From Aplysia californica (Eukaryota), in NCBI RefSeq assembly GCF_000002075.1, contig NW_004797818.1, positions 268,198 to 332,197 on the forward strand: 64,000 nt of DNA, written 5' to 3'. Each line of letters starts with the position of its first letter. The stretch's first letter is position 1. The notes below the pieces were generated by a model, which saw nothing but the letters and a program-made list of their open reading frames with translations, was not told the origin of the DNA and ran no database searches. The position numbers and the translations under genes were made by a program. Of the stretch, positions 26,487 through 38,987 are shown piece by piece.

Positions 26487-27173
26487 CCCTTAAAACCCTG
26501 AATTCTTTTTTTTCACACCTCCCTAGAATCCTGAATTAAAATTGAGATACTAGAAAAAATTAGGTTGGTTCATTATTGTGTCTTTAATTGTTAGATTTTA
26601 CTGAAGTTTGAAAATGTTATTTTTGTATGAATGCACAGTCTGAACAAAAGGGGAAAAGGTTAAAACACTGGTTTTTAGGACCAACTCTATGATTTAAGTC
26701 TTGTGTGTGATCTCCGACTCCACTTCAGTCAAAGTATCATTAGACCCAGCCGTAGATCTAGCCTCTGGTAGCTTTAATGGTGATCCCCTGCCAATTCCAC
26801 TATCGTCAAGATCACCATCGATGTTATGCGGAACATTGCAATCGTTTTCAACTGTCATATTTATCGATATATCCGACTGGGAGATCATTTTTGGGGTCTG
26901 GTTAGGATTTTAAAAAATGTCAAAAATGTTGTGGCCTGAAGGGCCTGGGAGCGAAAAGTGACTAATTTTTCTTAAACACTCGCAAATTTCCCAAACTTTC
27001 GGTGTTGAACTGCTCTCATGACATTATCTGTACTTTCTGCTCGTGACAGAGTCATCTGGAGTTACATCCCCTGTTTCTAGCACTGGGAATTAAACGATAA
27101 AGTCGACCAGCGGTTACCAGCGGTACAGAAAAATACGGCGTCAGCGGTTACCAGCGGTATAGGGTTTTAAGGG
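26487..27173 (-). mobile_element. piggyBac-like internally deleted element
   Basis: TTAA|CCCTTAAAACCCT ... AGGGTTTTAAGGG|TTAA (13-bp perfect TIR). Acidic ORF remnant 26888-26694. Confidence 0.85.
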
Positions 27174-27339
27174 TTAATCCAATACACTTTGCATAGCTAG
27201 CAGTCCGTCAAAATGATTTTTTGAGGAATGCTAAAAGTTTCAAAGAGATCTTCGCACTAGAAGTATTCTAAAATGTGAAGAATACAACCCCGGGCGTAGA
27301 AAATGACCCCATGGCGTACAGATAGGGTTAAACAGACTC

Positions 27340-27650
27340 ACTACGTTTGCTTGTGTGAGTTAAGAGAAGCAAATCGACACAATAATGCGGGTTTTTTTTT
27401 TGTAGAGGTTTTACGGCGCTTGCAACTGCATAAGGTCATATAAGCGCCAGAAGATTAGAGGTGTTACAAGAGATTAACAAACATAAAAAAGAAGAAGGGT
27501 AGATAAGGACGATAGATGTTTCATAGAAAAGAAGAAGGTAACCACACTAGAGCACTCACCAACCACCCACCAATAATGTGAAATAAATTTAGTGCTGAGA
27601 AAAATGTAAGACAGACAGACAGACACAACAGTGGCGCCCTTCAACCCTCT
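27340..27650 (-). mobile_element. family E short repeat interrupted by a family B copy (about 27390-27570)
   Basis: Flanks match 41746-41882. The inserted B copy is bounded by CAATAATG(C/T)G. Confidence 0.65.
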
Positions 27651-28057
27651 ACTCACACTGTGCTTGCGGGAGCATCAGACCCATAAATAACAATAATACT
27701 AGAGGCTGTCATGTGAGAAGTGGCAGGCAGACAAGACACACTTGTTAAAATTACATGATCCAAGGTCTTGAGCAATGTTTCAGCAGGAAAGAGAAGAGAA
27801 AAGTCAGCAGACAAGGCAACATCATCTATAGTCACAAGTTGTGGAATTATTTCACCTGCTGGTCACTGAATGCACAGCAGTATCTGTGACTCGCATACAA
27901 TAAATATATCTATCAAGGAATTTTCCAAATAAGGTGATCATGAGGGGGAAGTTCCAAAAGATACTTTATAAATTAGAAATAGAACTAAGATAGTAACTTG
28001 ACAGTATTCATATATGAGTAACGAGAGGAGACACTCCTCAGCACAATAAGCCATTTG

Positions 28058-28390
28058 AGGCATAGGTGGCCTACTGGTTAGGCTCTCAGACTCGCAACTG
28101 TAAGGTTTAGGGTTCAAATCCTGTTAGGGGCCCGATGTTGTGTCCTTGGGAAAGGCACTTTAATTTTCCTCACTTCACTCAGGTGGGAATGGGTACCCAG
28201 CTATAGATGGCGAAAGATCTTGTCAGTTTTTTAGTGTTTGAGGAGTGCGTGTAACTCACAGCTTGCACTGTATGCTTCCCAGGAAGCCCAGAATGTTTCT
28301 GAGTCTACTAAGTTCTGCTGGGGTGATAATAATAATAGTAGCAGAGAGCATCCTGCAGAATGTGGATATGCGCTATAAATTTATATTATT
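28058..28390 (+). mobile_element. tRNA/CORE-like SINE (family A)
   Basis: Colinear with the other family A copies. Confidence 0.88.
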
Positions 28391-28682
28391 TAGTGCTGGA
28401 AAAGAGCAAGACAGATAGACAAAACAGAGATAGTAACAAAGTGAATCTCTCACTCAGACCAAGGGCTGTTATATATTCAAGACTTCCAGAATTTCAAGAG
28501 GGAACTCCCAAATAAATTTCTGTGATGGAGTACACTTTGCCCTTATAACAAAACATAAATAGACACAGAAACAAATTTCCATCACATTTATTTCAAACTA
28601 TCAACATCACTCTCATACATGTCAAACAACTGACACACATAGCATTTCAAAAAACAAAGAACGAAAATGTATGAAATAATCA

Positions 28683-29529
28683 TCAAGTGTTTGCTTTCTT
28701 CACAGTTTGTTGATCCCTTTTCTCCGAGACAGCGGGATTTTCCCCTGGCAAAATGTCCCCAGTCTTTGTGATCGCATAGTTGTAGTCACTTCTGCTGTCC
28801 AGCATTTTTTCAATCTCTTCCTCAAGGTTTTCAGTTGTAACAAAATTTACTGCAGAAGCCTGAGAAAACAATTTGAAAATGGAACAACATAAATAACACA
28901 CTAAGAGAATTGGAAGCACACATGAATTTCCTTCTTTTCTGTCTTGTTTGTTATATATAGGGTGGGTTTAAAGTCAAGTTTCTTAGAGAAAAAGGTGACT
29001 TTTGAATTTTATAATACTCAGTTCCATAAAACTGAGTCAGTAGAGTGGAGAGTCTTGAAAATTCCCTAAAAAAACTAAAATGTGGGAATGCTCTGTAGAG
29101 CCAAAATGATCACGTCACACCCATACATGTCTCATCATCACCAAATAGCCAACATATTTTACAATAGATCAAAATATGGTAGTAGATCAAAGTATGTTAG
29201 CTCTATTACTGACGCAGAAGTTCTAACAAAACATGTTTTGCAAATTTGTCAGAATATAAATAATAATAATAATAATAATGAAGATCATTTCTATAGCGCC
29301 CACTCCCGTGTTAACACAGCTCTAGGCGCTTTACATAAATGCATGTAAGAAAAATATTCATGCACGCGACACACACACACACTCACACACACACACACTC
29401 ATATACACACAAACACACACACATATACATATACACACACACAAACACACGCATACACACTCACGAATACATAACATGCACACATGTATGCCAAACACAC
29501 ACAAACACACATTCACACACACACACACA

Positions 29530-29562
<33 letters not shown>

Positions 29563-32500
29563 CTACTTGCTTATCACACGCTCACGATTACACATCGTCA
29601 CGAAATGAGAATAAAATAATATATACACTGCAATTCACAAAATACATAAATGGATACATAGACATTTACATAACATTGTACTGAACATGAATCTACTGAC
29701 TTAAAAAGGATGTCATTAAATGTGTCTTTAAAGATTTTTAAAATTTAGACTCAGATGTTGTATGTCTCAAGGGTTGGGGAAGTAGAAATATATATATATA
29801 TATGCTGATTCCCTTTCTTCATGGCAAGAAAAGGTTGAGCACCAAAAATTGCAGTGCTCCTGTCCTCTAGGCATTGTTAAAGCTGTTTCAATACAGTACC
29901 TAACATTAGAAATCAGTACAAAATTCACCCTTTATGTCCATTCCACAGTCTACATGTGTCATTCTCACAAACTTATATATATATTCCCATTGCTATCCAC
30001 TAAAACCATAGACATTTCTTCCAGCCAAAGTGTGTGAATTAGGAAAAAAATCTTCATTACTGGTACAAAAGAACTTTGTTCAAAATTGATCAAACTTTTG
30101 ACAGCAACACTCCACAGATGTACAGTATGAAGACTTGGTGGAAAGACAGTGTTATTCTCTTTATTGAGATGTAGGGACCTACAGATCCAACGAATGTTTG
30201 TGGACATCGTTTAGCAAACAGTTAAGTTTAATCAAGATGGAACTAAAAACTTTGAGATTAAAAACAAAAAATTTTGAGATTAAAAACCAAAAAAAACATA
30301 ACAGCACACGCACCAATACAAAACAAAAAATCTCATAACGGCAGTGTGGGTGAACAAACTTCTTTTCTAAAGCCAGTCTTTTATCCAACGAAGCCCTTTT
30401 TTAAACTTGAAAATCGAGGACGAAATGTAACATAACTGGTCTAGCTGTATTCGTTGATATGTAGGCGATTACACAACGATAAATTGTAACAAAGAAATAT
30501 AGTAAAATGCTAGTCGCTGTTCCCTGGTAAAATGACATCAGCAATCGCTGTTCCCCTGCACAGCCAAAAAAAAAAGTAAAAATCAAGAAAAAAAAAAGAA
30601 AGAAAAAAATTCAAAGACTCAAAGAGTACAAACATACCTTATTTTGCTGTAAGATTTTCTCCGCCTCAAGGCTTCTCTGCAGTCTGGCCTCAGCTTTTTG
30701 CTGCATCACATGTTGGAGACGTTCTTCTTCCTGTCTTTCTTCTTCAGATTGTCTTTGTTCCCTGTCACGTCACAAATTGAAAAAGCAGAGCAGTCAAAAA
30801 ACTTGCCAGACAGTAGAATGTGATAATGACCCAAGGCAAATATCTACAGCAGAATCTTCAGGAAACCATTTTCCCTACAGAGCAGCTTTTATAAGACAAA
30901 CTGCCAGAGTGCAATCCAATTTGTATATTCCGTCTTTTAAATTTTCTTTGCATAAATACAAGATGTAATTGTAATCGTACAAATGCACTTTCTATCTTTC
31001 AATTCAAAATCAAAAGAAAAACTGACGAGCTTAATTAGAGTGCCACTAGTAGAATGCTACTATGAGAAAGAAAACAATGATGTGACAATGTCATTGTGTG
31101 CATGATAGAAGAAATAAGGTAGTAAAAAGAGTTGACAAAACAGCTCAAGTCAGTTGTTAAGTGTTTGTTGAACAGCTGCATTTTCCAAAACATTCAACAT
31201 CACTCAAAGGAGAAAAAAATGAAGACAGCTGAAAACAGACTTAGATTCACAACTTCAAATGAGGCTTTTATCTCTTAACTCACTGGCGACTCTGCCTTTT
31301 TCCAGTTTACACGCACTGGAGACTGGCATTTTGGGGGTATTTCAATATTTCAAACAACACCCTTCCCAAAGACATACAACCCCCATTTTTACACACATAA
31401 CAGATCTAAACATGCCTAATAGTACAATATCTTTTATAGCATTTTTAGAAATGATTTTTTGAAGATGTGCTAAAATTTGCTGCTTGCCAAATTTTTTGAT
31501 GTAATGTCTTGAGTAAAAAACAACAAACCCAACAAAACACCCCAAAAAATCAACCTTGTGTGTCTTTTGTTGTGTTTTGGGTTTCAAAATGAATAAAAAG
31601 TTCAAACTCATGAATAGGAAGGTAATCGATATTGGTAATCCTCATGTATTAGCTGTGCAATCCACTTCAGTGTGAAAAAAACCCAGGGTTCCAGACAAAG
31701 CGGAATATTGCATTAGAAAGCCTTGTCTAGATCTAGAACATTCTCCATCAGAATCAGTGCTTTGATGCTCCCTTACATTGAAATCAGGATCCCCATGGTC
31801 TGAAATATCATAATCAGAATTTTCTGAACTGTCAAAGTCGTCAAGCACTTGAAAAATGTTTGCTTTTCATGCTGCCAAGTTGGTGGTTGGCAGATGCTCT
31901 GGTGGGGTTTGCTCCTTCTTTCCTATCAAACATCTCTCGTCCTGATCTTTTTTTTAGTGTTTGTTACTCTCTTGTAACACCTAATCTTCGGCATTTATAT
32001 GACCTTATTGTTTTGCAAGTGCTGCAAAACTCTTACTTAAACTAAACGTGCTGCCATTGTACTGACAAACATGCGACAACAAAGGTCAGCTGCACAGAAA
32101 GAGACGTTTGCGAGCATACTTTACTGAGGAAATAATGGGAAACTTATGCTCGCAGGGAGTGAGTGAACTACCTCTCGGGAAAATATTGGTGCTCGCAAAT
32201 GCAGCGCGAAACGTTTCTAGTGAGTTAAAACTATCCACATGGTTGAATTTACGCCATTCTAAGAGAGTGTAAAAATTATACAACTTGCTTACAGCAAACT
32301 TTTTATGAAATTACCTTGATGTAGCCAGCATCTGATTCCACTTCTTGACTTCCTCCTCCATCCATGCAAATTCTGCAGCTTCATCCAACTCTTGCTTTTC
32401 TTTGGTTGTTACAGTCTTTTTAGACAGTTCTTGACGTAAATAATGTCTGGAGGAACAAAACAATTTTTTTACCACTAGATCTACAGAAAGAATGCATAGG

Positions 32501-33392
32501 ACCACAACGAAGGACAAAATAATGAGGACCAAAGACATTAAAAGTGGTTGTGCGACAAGAACCTAAAAAAACTCTTCCAATGAAACTTACATTTTTTAAC
32601 ATAGTTAACTTTGTTAAGCAGGAAGCCATTTAACACGAAGTTCAGCAAACATGAAATGATTAAAAATCCCTGTTTTATTCCCTCTTTATTCTACTGGAAG
32701 ACGATTTGAAAAAATAGATGCATGTCTGAAATACGTCATTTTAATAAATTATTTCATTATTTGGGCCAATCACAGAGATGTGCTAGGTGCTCGCTGCAGC
32801 TTCATGTAAAAAATACAGCAGTTTGACCTACAAAGCAGTGAATCTGTGTGCCGGAGCTGGAGTGAAAGTAGAAATTTACCCCAGTAACATCCACATGATT
32901 TAAAACGGGCGTCTGATTCTACAGTGTCATGACACATACAAGGCCTGAGTTTAGCGTATAATAGGTCTACATAATAAAGAATGAACACTACTAGATCCAG
33001 CCCACCCCCTTTTGCGGCAGTAGATCTAACTTCGTCACAGTGCAGCCCGCCGTGAAACTGTCATAAATTAGTTTTGTTTACATTTTTTGGTCTAAACATA
33101 TAAAATTATAAACAGTAACAGGAGACACGTCAATCACTGCACTAACGTAAGAATGCAAGTCTAACCTGATGCCTCTTACGGTGGCCCGGTAGTGCTTGTA
33201 TCTACTCTCCAGTTCTTCATGCTCTTCAGGGTCGATAGGAGTTGGTTTTCGTACATAAAACTCCTTGGACGCAGCAATAGGAAGCCAGCGAGGTTTACGA
33301 TAGCGAACAGACTGTACAGTAGGCACATTAATTCTCGATAAACAGCTGCTCCTAAATGAAAGGCCAACTATGGCTCGTACACTGGACGCCAT
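28683..33392 (-). CDS. MRPS26: mitochondrial small ribosomal subunit protein mS26, 219 aa
   Basis: Exons: 33392-33166, 32446-32315, 30761-30638, 28859-28683. Total 660 nt, in frame, GT-AG. Basic N-terminal targeting-like peptide, [12 protein letters not shown]...IDPEE...Y..YR, a coiled-coil middle, and C-terminal [26 protein letters not shown] typical of mS26. AATAAA on the minus strand at 28587-28592. Confidence 0.9.
29260..29785 (-). mobile_element. 5'-truncated L2-clade LINE 3' end with (TG)n 3' UTR
   Basis: Reverse complement encodes [21 protein letters not shown], then (TG)n, then GTAAAGCGCCTAGAGC..GCGCTATAGAAATG(ATT)n. Confidence 0.7.
31279..32224 (-). mobile_element. piggyBac-like internally deleted element containing a family B insertion (about 31881-32047)
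   Basis: TTAA|CTCACTGGCGAC ... GTTTCTAGTGAG|TTAA. D/S-rich remnant [16 protein letters not shown] resembles piggyBac transposase N-termini. Confidence 0.7.
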
Positions 33393-33780
33393 AATCGAAG
33401 ACTTTAAAGAAATAGACTCTAGATTCTAAGTTCTGTAAGGAGCCGTTCTGTAAATGGTTCACTGTTCACAGCGGTCAGGGGACGGCTCAGACGCCATGAT
33501 TTATAAGGTCACGATACAAACGCACTGCAGCACTTTTATTTCCGGTTCACTCCTCGTGCTCATTTTACAACTGCTATAACTGCTTCAAACTTCAAACTTT
33601 CCAGCCACCAACCAGCATTACCAGTAGAGCCAGTCAGCTGTTCATTTTCTCCCTCTCACACACAGTCTCACTCTCTTCAGTCAGCTGGCCTCTGGCTCTC
33701 AGTCACGCTCTGGCTCTGGCAAGTTGCAACAACCAACTCGCCCGACCCTAGACTCCTAGACTCAAGGTCTCGCTTTTACT
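33393..33780. promoter_or_regulatory. bidirectional promoter MRPS26/MTHFS
   Basis: ATG-to-ATG distance is about 0.96 kb. ETS-like TTCCGG at 33540-33545 and YY1-like CGCCAT at 33492. The MTHFS acceptor at 34327-28 implies a non-coding first exon here. Confidence 0.65.
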
Positions 33781-33959
33781 TTTTATCTCTTTGCTACCCT
33801 GTCAAAAAATGATGGTTGTGTATGAAATAGGCATACCGGTATTCAAAAGAAAGTTCTGTCGTGAGCTTGCTGTTTTTGATTGGGCACTTACATATGTAGA
33901 TATTCTAATATTGTTACTGAACTTAACTTACTGTCTCTTCTTTTGCCAGCACTCTCTCA

Positions 33960-34112
33960 CTCTGCCACCACTACTACCACTACTACTACAACAAAAAACT
34001 ACTACTACAACAAAAAACTACTACTACAACAAAAAACTACTACTACAGCCACTACTCACACCACCACCACTACAACTGCACTTTTATGAACCTACTACAT
34101 GTACTACTATTA
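33960..34112. repeat. degenerate (ACT/ACC)n low-complexity repeat with ACAAAAAACTACTACTACA units
   Basis: Directly visible. Confidence 0.85.
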
Positions 34113-34348
34113 TTAGGCCTTTTGAATTATTCTAATTTTAATGCTTATAATTACATCACCTCAGCTACCACCCGTTGCCAATTTGTGGGCCTGTAGTCTG
34201 TAGCAGATGTACTTCCCACAAAGCCAAAGCATACAATTTTATCCAGACATTCCATTTTTATTACTCTTATAACTTATGGTTTAACTAGCTCTCCTCACCT
34301 TTACTTTCTATTGCTTTGTCATTTTTAGGGAGAACCGTGAAAAGAAGC

Positions 34349-36417
34349 ATGTCTCAGACCATTCAGCAAACCAAAGCTGTCCTGCGAAAGGAAATGAAAC
34401 AGAGACTTGCTCGCCTGACAGACCATGAGAAAAGTGTGCAGTCATTGATCATCTTACGAAAGGCAAGCCATACGCAGTATAGCTTTAACTTTATCATGTT
34501 GTGGTTGTTTTTAAAAAAAATAATCTTCTGAAATTTTATGCTATCTGTTTTGTAGCTTCTCATTCTGTTATTGAATAGCACAGAATTTGATATTCCTGTT
34601 TATTGAAAATTGGAAAGGGGAACCTTGGGGACAGTAATGACTGAACTTGGATAAGATGAAGGTTTTCTAGGGGAAAAACCCTCACTTATTATTCTGTTTT
34701 AGTGTTCTGTCTAAAACTTAAAAACAATTCTGGAAATCCATCATTAAATGGGCTTGTATTTCATTGTCCAATAAAAATCACTACATGCCTACACTCAAAC
34801 ACATTTGAATTAGACTCTTGTCACCCAGGGTCAGTTATAATAATAGGGGTTTGGTGAATTATGGAAACATTTATATATATGTTGACACTTTTGAGTTATA
34901 AAACACAACAAGAGTGCCAGTGTGTAACTGTAAGAGTAACAAACATTTTTTATTGTTACATGTATCTTTCTTCATACATATGTATTTTCATTTGTATGTG
35001 TGTTCTCTTCATAATGCCAACTGTTTCCTTCAGGTCTTGTCATCAGAAGTCTATGCACAGAGTAAACGTATATCGATTTATCTTCCAATGAAAGAAGAGG
35101 TCTGCACTTTGAATATTTTGAAGTCCATGTTCAGAGATGGTAAAGAATGTTTCATCCCTAATTACAAAGGAGCAGAAATGATAATGGTACCGTTGAAATC
35201 ATGGGATGCCTATGAGAGATTGCCAGTAACGAAATGGGGAATCAAGCAGTCTGAAGAATTTGATGCATCGCAGGATGCAAATATGTCAGGTGTGTATGAT
35301 TCAACTTTTACTTTTTATGCAAAACCTGTAGGTTTTTTAATGATCTCTTTGATCACAAATGTACATTTTTTACTTGACTTAATAAGTGGTCTGTTTTGAA
35401 ACATAGCCTTCCTGCTGTTTAGTTTAAGTCTTACAGTAAAGACTCAATAACTTTTTCGTACATTCTGTAATTTTGAGGTTGACTAGTCTATAAATTTTAC
35501 ATTCATTACTGCTGTGATACCTTGTTCCAATGCCATCTTTAAGTCTGTAACATGTAATGTAGCAAAGAAAGTAGGTCAGATTCTTGGGGATTAGCATCCT
35601 AAATAACACAGAGTACTGGGTATTTCTAAAGCTCACTACTCCAATTTTAACATTTTTTTGTCAGTTTATCTTCTAGCAAGTCAATATTCAACCTTTTAAT
35701 TTTATAGTTCTGTATTTGGTTACTACTGATGCAACAACTTATTAAATAATGTTTTGGCGTTATTTCAGAAAAAGAGGGCCTAATAGTCCCTTGCATTTTA
35801 CATAGGCTACTGGTTTTTAATATAATATGCATTTTTTTTGTTTGAGGCTGAGGATATCACAGCATTATTGTGTACAATAAGTTTGAATAAAAGTATTTCA
35901 TAAAGAGTGTTTCGTGAGAAAAGTTTTAGTTTTAGTTTACTGGGCCGGTGACTTGAATCTTTTACTTTTATTACACAACTGTCATCTTTGCAGAGTGGGG
36001 TTTTTTTTGTTGGTTGAATAAATTCTGCTTAGAATCTTATAGTGCATGATAAAGGGGAATAAACATACGGTGATATCTTTGGCTGTGGAAATTTTGATAT
36101 TTTCAAATGAAATCTGCTCATCTTTATATGCCATGTGAATGAAAAATGTTTTTCCTTGATTGCTTTCTTCGACAGGTGGGCTGGATTTGATTTTCATGCC
36201 TGGCTTAGCATTCACAACACAAGGAGCTCGTCTTGGCCGAGGGAAAGGGTACTACGACCAATACCTCAACAAGTGTGATCAATCAGGGTGTCTTCCAAAA
36301 ACTGTGGCGTTGTTGTTTCATGAGCAGCTTACAGAGAATGTTCCAGTTCTTGAACATGACAAACTTGTTGATTCTTTGATTTTCCCTACCCAAGAGGAGA
36401 TAGAATTAGAAAGATGA
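34349..36417 (+). CDS. MTHFS: 5-formyltetrahydrofolate cyclo-ligase (methenyltetrahydrofolate synthetase), 203 aa
   Basis: Exons: 34349-34462 (GC donor), 35034-35289, 36176-36417. Total 612 nt, in frame. Motifs K..LR..MK, SKRISIYLPM..EV.T, CFIP.Y, KWGIKQ, GGLDLIFMPGLAF..GARLGRGKGYYD, VP...HD..VD. Confidence 0.96.
34463..35033 (+). other. non-canonical GC-AG intron in MTHFS
   Basis: AAG|GCAAGC donor gives the phase-0 join LRK|VLSSEVY. All nearby downstream GT dinucleotides (34477, 34498, 34501, 34504, 34507) give phase 2 and are incompatible. Confidence 0.82.
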
Positions 36418-38916
36418 TGGGACAGGATAGCCTACTTAGCTTTTGAGTTCTTGAGTGAGGGGAGGGGGATTGTTAAAATGTATGAATTGGAATTCGGAAA
36501 CAGAAACTGATGTTTTGCTGGCCAGCTTGGCAAAGTGGTTGTATGTGTGTGTGTTTTTCGTCGTTGGTTGTTTTTTTTCCAGATTGTACCAGCTACTCCA
36601 GAGTTTAAATAATGTTTTTGCAATGAGTCTCACTTGTTTCCTTTTTCAGCCTGTTGTGACCAGTGGTACGGTTTTCTTTGGTGCCATTATTCTGCGCAAA
36701 TATTGATTTAAATACATTCTAAGAATATTGTTTTATTCTGAATACTGTCATGTATAATTTCTTCGTTGCTGCATTGTCAGAACAAGGAAAGTAAACATAC
36801 CAGCAGTGTACCAGTTAATAATTTTTACTATGTTAATTTATGTTGACAATACCAGTTCTTTCTGCAATATACTTACGTGCTTTTAATGCAATTATGGGTT
36901 GCATGTTGATACTTCTTGCTGTCAAGCAAGAGATGTACAGAGCCATAGGTCCTTAAAGGAATTTTTAAAAAGAATTGAATGGTGTATTATTTTTTTGGAA
37001 AATCTTGTCTCTGAGTACAGAAATCCATTTTCATATCTGACAATAGGCCTACATATTTTCTGCCATCTGGTATTGCTCCTTATGGACTTGCTGATACTGA
37101 AAAAAAAATTGTGAACTTTCAAGACTGGATTTGTGAGTATAGTAATGTGAACGAAACTATAAGTCAATTGGAGAAATCTTTCGCTGCAGGTCTATCGAAT
37201 GGCTTGCATAATATGGAATGATTGAATGTAGGAAAGTGTGTGAAGGATGGGGGGGTCCTGGCCACTGCCCATCATCTTGGGCCTTCCACATGTGTGGAGT
37301 CTGTTTCCTTTTTTGTTTGAAAAGTTGGCATCTATGAAAGTGAAAGTGATAATTTTTGTGTTATCCGCTCATGGTTCTGTGTATGATGGTGTTAAATTCA
37401 TGAAGCCTTGGTGCGATGGTGATTCTTTGAGAGATCTGAACTTTTCTCCAGCTCTCTTCCTGGTGTTGGACAAATGGGTCAGAAGAGGCTTCTTATACAG
37501 TCGAGGAATACTATGTTTTTATATTGACGTAAACCTTGAGATATGGTGTGGGTGTTGATGGCTTCTTGCTTTTGTGTGTTGAGAACATGAAGCTTGGTTA
37601 TATTGCACTTTAAATTCCATTACATGTACACTGGAAGACTGTAAACTTTTTAAAGAATAAACATTATGGAATTTTTTATTCTAATCTTTGTGATTCTCAG
37701 CTGTTTTCTTCTATGCTTTAAGTTTAAGATATTTTTGAGAATTGTGCAAAGCCAGAAGTCTTCATTAACCTTGAAGTATACAGCCTTTCTCCCGACCCCC
37801 CTCCCCTGAAAATTCAGTTTGGCCACCTATCAGCAACCAATGCCTGCTTCCCAAGGGGATTGCAGTTACAAGAATACCACAGTAACTGAAGAAAAGCAGG
37901 CTTACTCGATACCCCCCCTCCCCCTTCCAAAAAAAGAGGAAGAAAAAACTTTCCATCAGTAAAATCGAACCTTCAAAAACAGAATGTCGGTCTGAAAAGT
38001 GGTAGGGGGGGGGGGGATTTATTAATTATATTATAGCCATTTAAAAAAATCTGATGCTCTCCCCGTAGGAGTGAATCAGTTGCCCTTTGTGATGAAGTGC
38101 CTATTGCTGTGCAAGCCCTGAAGCCTGGAGGGCTGGTAAATAAAAAGCAGTAGGAATTCTGTATGCTCTAATATAAATAAATAAAGGGAAAAAATAAAAA
38201 TAAAAGTCTTTTTTTTTTTTCATTTTTATTTGTCAGCTAGTGAAACTGAGCAGTCTCAAGACCAGCCTCTGGAAAAGCAAAAGATGAACCATTTTCACAA
38301 GGTCCCTGAACAAAGTTTAGCAAATAAAATAAAACAATGACAATGGTTTGGCAGAAGTTCGATAACCTTTTTGTACAGAGAGGCATTTATTATTACAGTT
38401 CCCAAGCCTCAATTATAAAACATATAGTATAGGCCTACAAGAGACTTCTCACTCATAGTATAGTAAACTTGGAAAACATTTTGAGTGACGGGCTGCCCTT
38501 TAGAAGAAGACCAATGCAAATTTATAATCAATAACTTTATAGGCCTTGCTTACACTTACAGAGCAGATCCAGTTTCGCACATATAAGAACTGACAGTCAT
38601 GAAGCACTGATTTATAATGATATCACTAAAAATGAAAATGAACACAAATTTAAAAATAACCTTCATCACAAGACTGTAATGACAGACATGCAGTGCAGTA
38701 TAAAAATATTATATTTTTGGACTGTTCAAACACTACATTTATCTCAAAATAAGCTTACATTACATCAAACATGTGCATGAACATTACAATCACCACAACC
38801 AAAGTTTTTAAATTCCTCACTTATTTTCTCTCTCTGTACCTTGCATACTAATGGCAACATTTTGACGAGACTTCCTAAAACCACTTTCCATAAACGTTTA
38901 AAACATGGTTTTATTA

Positions 38917-38919
<3 letters not shown>

Positions 38920-38985
<66 letters not shown>
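38920..38985. repeat. (GT)n microsatellite
   Basis: Directly visible. Others at about 3923-3947, 18982-19017, 29370-29560 and 44792-44832. Confidence 0.95.

Positions 38986-38987
<2 letters not shown>

Larger units (their letters stand above)
25571..27327. mobile_element. piggyBac-like MITE (host of two nested insertions)
   Basis: TTAA|CCCTTTCCGTAACGTCATG ... CATGGCGTACAGATAGGG|TTAA. Confidence 0.7.

Noticed and set aside
36415-36510. Selenocysteine or read-through at the MTHFS TGA (30 open codons follow)
   Set aside because: The protein is already full length, the UGA-U context is not the leaky type, and I could not support a SECIS.
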